Shown: one piece after another, positions 38,379 to 46,986 of the stretch | How the letters are laid out: every line of letters begins with the position of its first letter | How positions within the stretch are numbered: the first letter of the stretch is position 1 | NCBI GenBank assembly: GCA_028439805.1 | Contig: JAMHKW010000001.1 | Span: 6,711-53,696, forward strand | Length of the DNA stretch: 46,986 bases | Direction of reading: 5' to 3' | Source: Nitrosopumilus sp. | GTDB lineage: Archaea; Thermoproteota; Nitrososphaeria; Nitrososphaerales; Nitrosopumilaceae | The notes under the pieces: generated by a model | Databases searched by the model: none | What the model saw: the letters and a program-made list of their open reading frames with translations, nothing else | What the model was told of the DNA's origin: nothing | Program-made: the position numbers and the translations under genes

Positions 38379-39593
38379 CTATTTTTCCCTTTTTACTAAT
38401 TTGAAGAGTTGTCTTACTGCAAGTTTTGGATGATGTGTTGCTAACTTGATCATATTTGATAATCCAAAATCAGCTTTTATGAAATCTAGAAATTCTTCAG
38501 CTTTTAATTCTTTGATAATATCTAATTCTTTATCCCATTCGTCATCTGATAATCCAATCCATCTATCTTGAACTTTTCCAGCAGAGTTGATTTTTGATTC
38601 AATCTCTTTTCTCCAATTTTCTTCATATGGATAAAGAGCAGATTCATTTGTCTTTCCAGATTTTATTGCATCTGCTGATACTGTTCCTGCTACTCTTCCA
38701 AATTTTATTGCGTATCTAATTCCTTCTAACACAAGTGGATTTGCTTGTCCAGCTGAATCCCCTACCAATATCAAATTGTTAAAGACTGTTTTTCTTGATA
38801 GTCCATCATTTGGAATTAATCCATAATGAAATTCTATTGGAGTTATTTTTCCTAGTTTTTTAATTGGGCCTAGTTTTGATTCAATCAATTCTTTGAGTCT
38901 TTGTGTTGGGTCGATATCTGATTCTGGTTTTCCAACCCCTACACCAATTCTTACAATGTTATTTCCTAAAGGAAAAATCCATGCATATCCTGCGGGTGAA
39001 TATTGTTGTCCTACCATTAACCACCATGTTTCAGGATCTACATTTTCTACTTTAGCCTCGTATTCTGCTCCTGCTCCAAATCTCTTCCATTGAGTTGCAA
39101 AACCCATTGCTTTGCAAACTGTCGAAGAAAATCCACTGGCATCAATTATTACTTTGGAATGAAATGTTGTTTTTCCTTTAGGTCCAATCCCACTTACTCC
39201 AACAATATCTCCTTTGTCATTTTTGATAACTTCATTAACATTGATTTTGAGAAAAATATCTGCTCCTGCTTTTTCTGCTTCATGTGCTAACCATCGATAT
39301 GTTTTTCTAACATCTAATGCTGCTGCTCTTGGAATTGAATCATTAATAGTAATCTCATTATTTGGTGAACAAAATGAAAAATTCCTAATTGGATTAAAAC
39401 AATCATTTGGAATCCCAAATTCTTTAATATTTTGAATCCATGTGACTCCACTGGTTCTAACTGTTTCTGCAATTGAATTTTCTTTTTCAAGCAGTGCTAC
39501 TTTGACTCCATTTTTTGCAGCCATTAATGCTGCAGACGATCCTGCTGGACCTCCTCCTACAACCACTAAATCATAATGATGCTCTTCTGTCAA
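38379..39593 (-). CDS. Geranylgeranyl reductase family FAD oxidoreductase
   Basis: YDLVVVGGGPAGS, IDASG, PAGYAWIFP, LVGDSAG..NPL..EGI. Confidence 0.9.
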   Translation of the reverse strand: MTEEHHYDLVVVGGGPAGSSAALMAAKNGVKVALLEKENSIAETVRTSGVTWIQNIKEFGIPNDCFNPIRNFSFCSPNNEITINDSIPRAAALDVRKTYRWLAHEAEKAGADIFLKINVNEVIKNDKGDIVGVSGIGPKGKTTFHSKVIIDASGFSSTVCKAMGFATQWKRFGAGAEYEAKVENVDPETWWLMVGQQYSPAGYAWIFPLGNNIVRIGVGVGKPESDIDPTQRLKELIESKLGPIKKLGKITPIEFHYGLIPNDGLSRKTVFNNLILVGDSAGQANPLVLEGIRYAIKFGRVAGTVSADAIKSGKTNESALYPYEENWRKEIESKINSAGKVQDRWIGLSDDEWDKELDIIKELKAEEFLDFIKADFGLSNMIKLATHHPKLAVRQLFKLVKREK

Positions 39594-39640
39594 TTAACTT
39601 GAATCTGTTTGCCTAGAATATAATTTTGAGCTAGTTGGAG

Positions 39641-39850
39641 TTATTTTTTTAAAATAGCATTGCCTGCTGTATCATTTTCCCTTTCTGAATCAAAAGTTTC
39701 CATATGTGCGGGGTCTCTGTGCATGTAACTATGAGTTTTTCCCTCTTCTTTTCTACAGAATTTTGAATGAATTGTCTCTTCTATCTTTAATGTGGTTTCA
39801 TTTTCATGATATAGGCGTTTTCCACAATCAGGACATATAATCTGAGGCAT
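39641..39850 (-). CDS. Small zinc-finger protein (CxxC...HxxxC); likely start 39850
   Basis: MPQIICPDCG...IHSKFC. Confidence 0.65.
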   Translation of the reverse strand: MPQIICPDCGKRLYHENETTLKIEETIHSKFCRKEEGKTHSYMHRDPAHMETFDSERENDTAGNAILKK

Positions 39851-39963
39851 AAATCCAATCCGTATCAAATCTATTTAGATGTTTCAGACCTTGTCATGAA
39901 AAATTATCCATTCAAAGTATTCATGATCCGAAACTTTAGATGTTTAGTTATTCATAATTTAAT

Positions 39964-40089
39964 ATGGATGAATCTGAAATCTCTTCTTTTGTAATGTGGT
40001 CAGTAGTTACTGGAATCATTATGATAGTTACTGGACTAAGTTATCGTGTATATTCTAGGAGGAAAAACACTAGTGTTTCTTCATCTTGA
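39964..40089 (+). CDS. Small single-pass membrane protein (41 aa), not in the ORF track
   Basis: MDESEISSFVMWSVVTGIIMIVTGLSYRVYSRRKNTSVSSS: acidic N-terminus, TM helix, basic C-terminal flank. Confidence 0.6.
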   Translation: MDESEISSFVMWSVVTGIIMIVTGLSYRVYSRRKNTSVSSS

Positions 40090-40092
40090 AAA

Positions 40093-40854
40093 TTATCCTT
40101 CTGAAGCAGTTTTACCGCCATCCACATTTAGAATGGTTCCTGTAACCCAATTTGCCTCATCTGATGCTAAATACAGTGCAGCATTTGCAATATCTTCAGG
40201 CTCTCCTATCCTTGCAAGTGGCAATCTTTCTTCTAGAACTTTTCTTGCTTGAGGATCATCAAGATATGGCTTTATCATTCCTGAATTAATAATTCCTGGA
40301 TTTACACAATTACACCTAATGTTTTTTCTTGCATATTCTACAGCTATTGATTTTGTAAACATCGAAATTGCTGCTTTAGTGGCTGAATATACTGCCAAAT
40401 GAACTCTAGGAATTGCTCTTTCACTTGAAATAGATCCAATATTTACTATTGCGCCACTTTTAACATCTGACATTTTTGAAAGTACTGCTTTTGTAATGTG
40501 AAATACTCCTAACAAGTTTACATCAATTAGTTTTTTAATTTCTGAATCTTGCATCTCATGAAAATGTACCGGGTCATTAATTGTTCCTGCATTGTTTACT
40601 AAAATATCGATTTTACCATATGTGTCCATGATTTGATTTATTGCCTGCAATGTTTGTGATTCATCAGTTAAATCACATGTTACTGATGCAGTTAATTCTT
40701 CATTTCCTATTTCTTTTCTGGCTTTCTCCAATCCATCTAAATTTCTTGCAATTAGAACCACTTTTGCTCCTTCTTCAGAAAACCTCTTTGCAATTCCTTT
40801 CCCGATATCGCTTGATGCCCCTGTGACAATTACAACTTTATCTTCTAATCGCAC
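40093..40854 (-). CDS. Short-chain dehydrogenase/reductase (FabG-like)
   Basis: [31 protein letters not shown]. Confidence 0.95.
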   Translation of the reverse strand: MRLEDKVVIVTGASSDIGKGIAKRFSEEGAKVVLIARNLDGLEKARKEIGNEELTASVTCDLTDESQTLQAINQIMDTYGKIDILVNNAGTINDPVHFHEMQDSEIKKLIDVNLLGVFHITKAVLSKMSDVKSGAIVNIGSISSERAIPRVHLAVYSATKAAISMFTKSIAVEYARKNIRCNCVNPGIINSGMIKPYLDDPQARKVLEERLPLARIGEPEDIANAALYLASDEANWVTGTILNVDGGKTASEG

Positions 40855-40910
40855 AAAATTATATTATTGTCGTAGCTTATAGAATTTTTGTTTAGTTTTA
40901 TTCGTGAATT

Positions 40911-41789
40911 TCATTCTGACCCATTAATTTTTTTAATATATTCAATGATTCCTGTATAGTCTATTTCTCCAAATCCATTTCTAACTGCGTCTTCGTATAT
41001 CTCCTCTGCTTTTTTAATCATTGGCAGTTCAATTTCTAAAGATTTTGCAGTTCTGGTCATGGTATTGATGTCTTTTTTTAAATTAGCAAGCGTGAATGTT
41101 GCATCAAATTTACCCTCAATCATATTGTATGCCTTTTTTTCACTCATACCTGTTTTGAAATATGTAGAGTTTAAAATATCAAGAAAAATTTTTGGGTCCA
41201 CGTTTGATTTTTTGACTAGTGTAATTCCTTCAGATAATGCAAGTGCAAGCATGGTAATCTGTAGATTCATGGCTAGTTTTACAGAATTAGCTACTCCGCT
41301 TTCTCCTAGAAAAAACACTTTGTTTGCAATTTGATCAAACACATCTTTGTGATTCTCAAAACTTTCTTTATTCCCTGATACCATCATAACTAAATCTCCT
41401 GATATGGCAACGTTTGGTCCTCCCATTACTGGTATGTCTAATTTGTGAATGTTATGTTCTAGGAATTCTTTTGAAATATTTTTAGATTCTGATGGATCAA
41501 TAGTACTCATATCTGCAACAATTAATTTTTCATGTTTGCCTTCTATGATTCCATCTTTTTCAAATGAGATTTTTTCTACTGCGTTTGCATCTTTTACTAC
41601 AATGATGATTAATTCTGATTCTTCAGCAACTTCTTTTGGTGATAATGCAACTTTGGCACCATTTTCTTTTGCTTGTATTGTTTTTTCTTTTGTTCTATTG
41701 TATACCGTTACTTCGAAACCTGAATCTAATAGATGTAATGCAACTGCATTTCCTAACATTCCAAGTCCAATAATTCCTACTCTTGTCAT
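40911..41789 (-). CDS. Beta-hydroxyacid dehydrogenase (3-hydroxyisobutyrate / tartronate semialdehyde reductase family)
   Basis: VGIIGLGMLG, VYNRT, DMSTI, DIPVMGG, VKLAMN, KKD. Confidence 0.92.
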   Translation of the reverse strand: MTRVGIIGLGMLGNAVALHLLDSGFEVTVYNRTKEKTIQAKENGAKVALSPKEVAEESELIIIVVKDANAVEKISFEKDGIIEGKHEKLIVADMSTIDPSESKNISKEFLEHNIHKLDIPVMGGPNVAISGDLVMMVSGNKESFENHKDVFDQIANKVFFLGESGVANSVKLAMNLQITMLALALSEGITLVKKSNVDPKIFLDILNSTYFKTGMSEKKAYNMIEGKFDATFTLANLKKDINTMTRTAKSLEIELPMIKKAEEIYEDAVRNGFGEIDYTGIIEYIKKINGSE

Positions 41790-41816
41790 CTTTATCTATT
41801 CCACACAATTATACTC

Positions 41817-42203
41817 TTATCGTCGTTCCTCATTTTGAATTTCCCATTGACCATTTCTAATTCTTGACACTGCAAATTCTAATTGTCCTATGGTTTTATC
41901 CCCTCTTTTGACTTTTGCATAATCAAATTTTTTCATTCTAAATACACTTTCTTTTGGTTTGTATCCTCCTTCAATAACTTTTATTTTGAATCTTTTACTT
42001 GCTTTAATGATTAATTTTCTTGCAATTTGCACATCCCCAATCCATGAAAACATTTCAAAATCTCCAAAATTTTTGGTAGATACATTGTACCCGTATAGTC
42101 TTGCTTCGAGTTTTGTACCTTGGGCTTTTGCCTGTTCATTTAGCCATGCAATAACCTCTTCTCCGTGGTCTTTTTCTATTCCAAAGGTTTCTGAAACTCC
42201 CAT
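41817..42203 (-). CDS. Hypothetical protein
   Basis: 128-aa open frame with protein-like composition, co-oriented with neighbours. Confidence 0.7.
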   Translation of the reverse strand: MGVSETFGIEKDHGEEVIAWLNEQAKAQGTKLEARLYGYNVSTKNFGDFEMFSWIGDVQIARKLIIKASKRFKIKVIEGGYKPKESVFRMKKFDYAKVKRGDKTIGQLEFAVSRIRNGQWEIQNEERR

Positions 42204-42286
42204 CTAACAGAATTTACTATATTGAACCATAATAATCATTTTCAAATCATTGTTAAACTAAAATACCGACTCGCCTCTAAAATTTC

Positions 42287-42655
42287 ATGCTTACAATTGA
42301 TTGCAAGGATGTTTTATCGATAAAAAATGAATTAGTTGTTTATGTGGCAGACAAAGTTGAAGCATTGCCTACGTTAAAACAACATCAATTCACTTTATCT
42401 GCTTTAGATGACGATGATATTGTTGATACTAGCTCTGTAATTTCTGCAATTAAAGAATATTTGAATTCCATTGATGAAGGAAACAATTTTGCTGTAATCA
42501 CTAATCATGAGACAATAATTATTACATCTATTTCTGGCAGAATCATAGAAAGAGAAACTGTGCAACAATCTGAAATGTTTTCATGTACTCACTGTGGGTT
42601 TGTAACGAGATATGAAGTTGAACTTACTGCTCATATGCGAATACATTATCTTTAA
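42287..42655 (+). CDS. Protein with C-terminal C2H2 zinc finger
   Basis: FSCTHCGFVTRYEVELTAHMRIH. Confidence 0.8.
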   Translation: MLTIDCKDVLSIKNELVVYVADKVEALPTLKQHQFTLSALDDDDIVDTSSVISAIKEYLNSIDEGNNFAVITNHETIIITSISGRIIERETVQQSEMFSCTHCGFVTRYEVELTAHMRIHYL

Positions 42656-42794
42656 ATTCATTTTGAATATTCGTTTTTCTTAATTTTCAAGATTTTTAGA
42701 AAAGTCTAAAACAGGAATCTAAATGTCTTATTTGTCTTTTTTAGATACTGGTTTTTAACAGGATCTTTATAAGCACTAATTACAGAAATTAGTT

Positions 42795-42989
42795 GTGGAA
42801 AAACTATCCAAAAATAATATAACCAAAGTTTATTGTGAAAAATGTGATTTAATTTTTCAATCACGAGAAAAATTTGAAAAGCATCTTGATAGTCATTCAT
42901 CAAATACTAATGAAGTGTGTCCGATTGATACAGTTCTCTCAAAGTTTGTAAATTTGTTTAAACGAAACTCTTCTCGTAATTTGGAATAA
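42795..42989 (+). CDS. Small C2H2 zinc-finger protein
   Basis: YCEKCDLIFQSREKFEKHLDSH. Confidence 0.75.
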   Translation: MEKLSKNNITKVYCEKCDLIFQSREKFEKHLDSHSSNTNEVCPIDTVLSKFVNLFKRNSSRNLE

Positions 42990-43020
42990 GTTTTTTTAAC
43001 TGATTTTTACTGTTTAACTC

Positions 43021-43677
43021 ATGAATAAAAAAGGCGTAATTCTAGGCGTCATTGTTATGGCAATTATTGCTGGAATTGCTACATTATACTCATCACCCTC
43101 TTCTGAAACTGTAAATCTTGACATGGGACGAACACATGGTTCAATTTCTACATCTATGGGCTCGCCAATTTTAGGTGATCCTACTGCTCCCATAACTATT
43201 GTTGAATTTGGTGATTACCAATGTCACCAATGTAATAATTGGTTCCATAATACAAAACCTGCAATAACTCGTGATTATATTGAAACTGGAAAGGCAAATC
43301 TAGTTTTTGTTGATTTAGCATTTTTGGGTAAAGATTCTCCAAAGGCTGCTCAAGCATCTTACTGTGCTGAAGATCAAGGAATGTATTGGCAATATCATGA
43401 TCTTCTTTACACTTCACAGGAACCTAAAATTGATGGAGGTTGGGCAAATTCTGAGAGACTCAAAGCTTTTGCATTTAGCTTGGGTCTTGATATGGAATTG
43501 TTTGACAGTTGTCTTGATTCTGGAAAATATTCAAAACGTGTGCAATATAACATACAACAAGCAAGAGCAAACGGTGTAAGTGGAACTCCTGGATTTTTCA
43601 TTGTAAGCTCTGATGGCGAACAAAAACTTAGTGGAGCCCAACCCTTTTCAGTCTTTAAACAAATATTGGATCTATAG
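43021..43677 (+). CDS. DsbA-family thioredoxin-fold oxidoreductase, membrane-anchored
   Basis: LGDPTAPITIVEFGDYQCHQC and GVSGTPGF (cis-Pro loop); N-terminal TM. Confidence 0.93.
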   Translation: MNKKGVILGVIVMAIIAGIATLYSSPSSETVNLDMGRTHGSISTSMGSPILGDPTAPITIVEFGDYQCHQCNNWFHNTKPAITRDYIETGKANLVFVDLAFLGKDSPKAAQASYCAEDQGMYWQYHDLLYTSQEPKIDGGWANSERLKAFAFSLGLDMELFDSCLDSGKYSKRVQYNIQQARANGVSGTPGFFIVSSDGEQKLSGAQPFSVFKQILDL

Positions 43678-43681
43678 TCTA

Positions 43682-44167
43682 ATGGTACAAATAATTAAAC
43701 TCGTATACTCTAACTTCAAATACCTTCTTTTGTCCTTTGTAATTTTTACATCGATGATGGTTGGCTTGTTAATTCTGTCTGAGTATATTTTCTTGGAACC
43801 TTATGTTGTTAGTCATCTTCCTTCTGGAAGTGAATTTGGTTTTATTCTGATTGTTATAATTTCTGCATTGTCTGCATTAGTTATCCCAATGAACATATTT
43901 CGAGTACAAATTCTTAAAAGTTCAAAACAAAAAATGGGTGGTGGTATTTTTGGTTCAGTTATTGGTACTATTGCTGGTGCATGTAGTTGTGGGCCAGTTG
44001 GATTTGCAATAATCTCAACATTTGGTTCTGTAGGAGCTACTGCTACTGCATTTCTAACAAATTACGAAGTCCCAATTAGAATAATTGCCATTGCCATTCT
44101 GGCTGTTACGTATTTTACAACTGTAAAATCCCTCAAAGTTGAATGTAAGATCAATTCTCAATCTTAA
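43682..44167 (+). CDS. Four-TM membrane protein with GACSCG motif; start corrected to 43682
   Basis: The ATG at 43682 avoids overlap with DsbA; hydrophobic helices with an intramembrane CxC. Confidence 0.8.
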   Translation: MVQIIKLVYSNFKYLLLSFVIFTSMMVGLLILSEYIFLEPYVVSHLPSGSEFGFILIVIISALSALVIPMNIFRVQILKSSKQKMGGGIFGSVIGTIAGACSCGPVGFAIISTFGSVGATATAFLTNYEVPIRIIAIAILAVTYFTTVKSLKVECKINSQS

Positions 44168-44189
44168 TGCATTAGAAATTACCAATTAG

Positions 44190-44318
44190 GTGAATTTTTG
44201 TAACCTTGGAATGTATCTTTGAGTCATTTGAACTATTATTGTGACATTCATTTATGTTCCAATTAGGCCTAGTAGGAGAGATCCAGAGGCCGATGAAATC
44301 GAAGATGCAGAAGATTAG
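44190..44318 (+). pseudogene. Possible degraded small membrane-protein gene with two in-frame TGA codons
   Basis: Reads VNFCNLGMYL*VI*TIIVTFIYVPIRPSRRDPEADEIEDAED* and is followed by a T8 run. Confidence 0.35.
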
Positions 44319-44404
44319 TTTTTTTTAAAATCTGTATTATTGCCCTAATCCTAAAACCTTGTAAAGTCGAGATATTTATTTGCCATTTTTTTAGATTAAA
44401 GATA

Positions 44405-45349
44405 ATGCAGAATTGGAATCTCATATTTGGAATTTTAATTATTTCTAGTCCAATTCTTTTTGCGATGATTGCATATCCTGATTCTGTATCTTGGAGTTGG
44501 AATGAAGGACGAGGTGGTTATCTCTTTGCACTTGTTTTTATTGTAGCTGAACTTGTTGGTCTCAAAATTGTCATTTCAAAGAAACGATTACTTGCAGTAA
44601 TTCCTATGGCCTTTCTCACCATTTTGTATCTATTTTTCTTAGAATCTGGTTTACGAGATTACATTATTGAATCTGCAGAACAGTTTGATGTGCAATTAAT
44701 TTATTCTTGGACATGGATGTGGGACTTTGTTGTAATGGCAATTTTTACTGTTGCAGCATTAACTATCTTCTTTGGAAAACGATGGATCAGAATTGCCCCT
44801 GCAGGACCGATCTTTCTAACAGGCACTGCGATAATTCTTTCACTTGATGCATTTTTCCCATATGATACACTTGGTCCACTGCAATACGTTGTTCCATATT
44901 TTGTTCAAGCAAATGTTTGGTTGGTTACTGTGCTTGATCTTGGAACTGCAGTAGCTAAAGACAATGTAATGTTCTTACGTGGTGAACATGGTTCCATGGC
45001 ACTTCAAGTATTTTGGCCATCTGCAGGTGTTCATAGCATAATCATTTTCTCTTTGGTAATTGGTGCATTCATGCTAAAAATGAATATTCCACGAAACCGA
45101 AAAGTCATGTATTTTGTTTTAGGAATTATTGGTACAATTATTGTTAATCTAATCCGAATTTTTTCATTGTCTTGGTATGCTCTAAAAGTGACAACAGACC
45201 CCATAGCGTGGGAAGAATATCATAAAATTGCAGGTGAAATCATGTTTTTGCCTTGGCTTTTTGCATTCATCTTAGTTGTAATTCTGATAGAGTCTAGGCG
45301 TTTAAAAAAATTAGAATCTGAAGGTAAACTTCCACCTAAAAATAACTAG
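44405..45349 (+). CDS. Thaumarchaeosortase (archaeosortase/exosortase family)
   Basis: Multi-TM; WNEGRGG, VFWPSAGVHS (Ser at the usual Cys position), NLIRI (Arg), YHKIAGE (His). Confidence 0.88.
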   Translation: MQNWNLIFGILIISSPILFAMIAYPDSVSWSWNEGRGGYLFALVFIVAELVGLKIVISKKRLLAVIPMAFLTILYLFFLESGLRDYIIESAEQFDVQLIYSWTWMWDFVVMAIFTVAALTIFFGKRWIRIAPAGPIFLTGTAIILSLDAFFPYDTLGPLQYVVPYFVQANVWLVTVLDLGTAVAKDNVMFLRGEHGSMALQVFWPSAGVHSIIIFSLVIGAFMLKMNIPRNRKVMYFVLGIIGTIIVNLIRIFSLSWYALKVTTDPIAWEEYHKIAGEIMFLPWLFAFILVVILIESRRLKKLESEGKLPPKNN

Positions 45350-46430
45350 TAATGTCGCTTTGTCCTTGAACTTCTGATAGTTCAGTAACTTTAACCCCTA
45401 GTCTTCTAATTGTAATCATTTGATTTTCTAGAGCCTCTTTTAGTAGTTGGTCAGTATTTTTTTGTAATTCTTCAAGACTTGCAGTTGGACTTCTTAACAT
45501 TCTTGATTTTGATTTGTTTGATAAATTTGACTGAACAAAGTGTATTCCAATAGATTTGAACATTTGATTATTTTTCATAACGACTTCATGCACTTCTTTA
45601 CATAATTCTATTATGTTTTCTGATAAAAACTGGTAATCTTTTGAATCTTTTTTCAATGTTGTTATTTTACTATATTGTATTCTAGCTTCTCTTTCTTTAA
45701 CGGGGTCATTATCTACTCCTCTTACTGCATTGTAAATGTAAGTTCCACTCTTTCTTCCAAATTCTTTATTCAGAGTAAAAACATCTAATTTTTTTAAATC
45801 TTGAATAGTATCTAGTTTCATTTCTGAAAATCGTGCCTCACTCTTCTTTCCAATTCCTGGTATTGCTCTAATTTTTAATGGTTCTAAAAATGCATCAATT
45901 TTATCTGGAGATACTATTGTGAGGCCATCTGGTTTTTTAAAATCTGATGCTATTTTTGAAATTAATTTATTTGGTGAAATTCCTATGGAGCAACTAAGTT
46001 TTATTTTATCTCTAATTGAATTTTTAATTTGTTGAGCAAGATGGCTTGCATTTTCAAAACTTGCTTCAACTCTTTTTGTTACGTCTAAATATGCTTCATC
46101 TTTTCCTACATATTCAAAAATATCTGCGTTATCTTTTATTACTTCCATTGCCTTTTCAGACATTTCTGCATAGTAATCAAAATCTACAGGTAAGAACACA
46201 GCATCTTTTCTTTCCTCCAGTCTTTTTTTTGCAAAACTTATTGGTATTCCTGATTTGGCCCCATATTTTCTTGCAGTATAGTTTGCTGTAGCAATTGCAC
46301 CACTATCTCCTCCCCTATCTGAAAAGACACAAACACACACAGGTTTTGATCTTAGTTCAGGAGATCTCACTTCTTCACATTGAGCATAAAAATAATCGAA
46401 ATCTATGTGGAAAACTACTCTTGTTTCCAA
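45336..46430 (-). CDS. dinB: DNA polymerase IV (Y family, DinB/Dpo4)
   Basis: HIDFDYFYAQCE, ATANYTARKYG, DEAYLD, SIGI..NKLISKIAS..KPDG, IPGIG. Confidence 0.96.
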   Translation of the reverse strand: METRVVFHIDFDYFYAQCEEVRSPELRSKPVCVCVFSDRGGDSGAIATANYTARKYGAKSGIPISFAKKRLEERKDAVFLPVDFDYYAEMSEKAMEVIKDNADIFEYVGKDEAYLDVTKRVEASFENASHLAQQIKNSIRDKIKLSCSIGISPNKLISKIASDFKKPDGLTIVSPDKIDAFLEPLKIRAIPGIGKKSEARFSEMKLDTIQDLKKLDVFTLNKEFGRKSGTYIYNAVRGVDNDPVKEREARIQYSKITTLKKDSKDYQFLSENIIELCKEVHEVVMKNNQMFKSIGIHFVQSNLSNKSKSRMLRSPTASLEELQKNTDQLLKEALENQMITIRRLGVKVTELSEVQGQSDITSYF

Positions 46431-46502
46431 TATTTTTCTAAGTTCTTTTGATTATTACTATATTGTGTATTCATCTAAATACTAAACATCCTCACTGGTT
46501 TC

Positions 46503-46751
46503 ATGGATTATCCTGTTTCCGTGGATGAAAATGGTCTGAATTTAAAACCTGAGAAAATGGAAAAAGAAAAATTATACCATTGCATATTCAAGGAAAAGGC
46601 GATTTTGATTTTCAAAGATTCACAAGATGTCTTAAATTGTTATGAAATTGAACAAGTAGATCTAGTCGAGCAAATTAAAAAATGCACCAATGATGATGAA
46701 CTTGAAAAATTATTTGAAGACTATCTCAAAGGACAAAACCTGAAAAATTAA
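46503..46751 (+). CDS. Hypothetical protein
   Basis: 82-aa acidic ORF, divergent from dinB. Confidence 0.7.
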   Translation: MDYPVSVDENGLNLKPEKMEKEKLYHCIFKEKAILIFKDSQDVLNCYEIEQVDLVEQIKKCTNDDELEKLFEDYLKGQNLKN

Positions 46752-46792
46752 ATAAAAGCGAGAGAAGATTTCATTATACAAGGAATAAAAAA

Positions 46793-46986
46793 TTGAGTGA
46801 CTCTAAAAAATCAAAAGACGCAGAAGATATTTTATCCGAATTTGATTCTAGAACTAACACTGAACCAACACCAGAACCTGAACCAACACCAGAACCTGAA
46901 CCAACACCAGAACCTGAACCAACACCAGAACCTGAACCAACACCAGAACCTGAACCAACACCAGAACCTGAACCAACACCAGAACC
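46793..46986 (+). CDS. Partial ORF with (EPTPEP)n low-complexity repeat, running off the window end
   Basis: TTG start MSDSKKSKDAEDILSEFDSRTNT, then in-frame EPTPEP repeats with no stop. Confidence 0.7.
   Translation, partial: MSDSKKSKDAEDILSEFDSRTNTEPTPEPEPTPEPEPTPEPEPTPEPEPTPEPEPTPEPEPTPE
46862..46986 (+). repeat. Perfect 18-bp tandem repeat (6 full copies plus 17 nt), truncated by the window end
   Basis: Unit gaaccaacaccagaacct repeated without mismatch or spacers. Confidence 0.98.

Noticed and set aside
26529-45349. Short 3' overlaps of convergent genes (26529-34, 29687-703, 33356-67, 45336-49) as antisense regulation
   Set aside because: Overlaps of 6-17 nt are routine in streamlined genomes
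3205-46291. Many 60-143 aa ORFs nested in or antisense to confident genes (e.g. 3205, 7414, 12578, 16954, 28162, 33384, 41449)
   Set aside because: Shadow frames of well-supported genes with no motifs of their own
46862-46986. Tandem repeats (also 5139-5290) as CRISPR arrays
   Set aside because: No unique spacers, unit lengths are multiples of 3 and in coding frames, and no cas genes are present

Overview
AT-rich, very compact archaeal chromosomal segment. Gene content points to an ammonia-oxidising thaumarchaeon (Nitrosopumilaceae-like): class I LysRS, TBP, TFB, aIF1, Sec61beta, the F420 genes cofGH and cofCD, thaumarchaeosortase with Ser at the Cys position, DUF1512 and DUF2070. Most of it is core genome: lysS-elp3, two Usp genes, a CPA2 antiporter, purM, PAC2, a Ca/Na antiporter, PmbA, HtrA, GT2, SRPBCC, a tRNA-binding OB protein, map, Tsr3, an ABC family-5 binding protein, a geranylgeranyl reductase-methyltransferase pair, SDR, DsbA and DinB. 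RNA genes absent from the ORF track are tRNA-Pro(UGG) (22110-22183), RNase P RNA (37432-37715, minus) and a well-formed box C/D guide sRNA candidate (22226-22297). I found no CRISPR array, transposase, integrase or prophage. The best unexplained signals are: a 77-nt tRNA-sized multi-stem element (18416-18492) upstream of a tRNA-binding protein gene; a membrane protein with a metallothionein-like (CxC)4 tail; a protamine/H1-like protein built from a 33-bp repeat; several small ORFs missed by the track; and probable frameshift or nonsense lesions. All functional calls come from motif recognition by eye; no searches were run.
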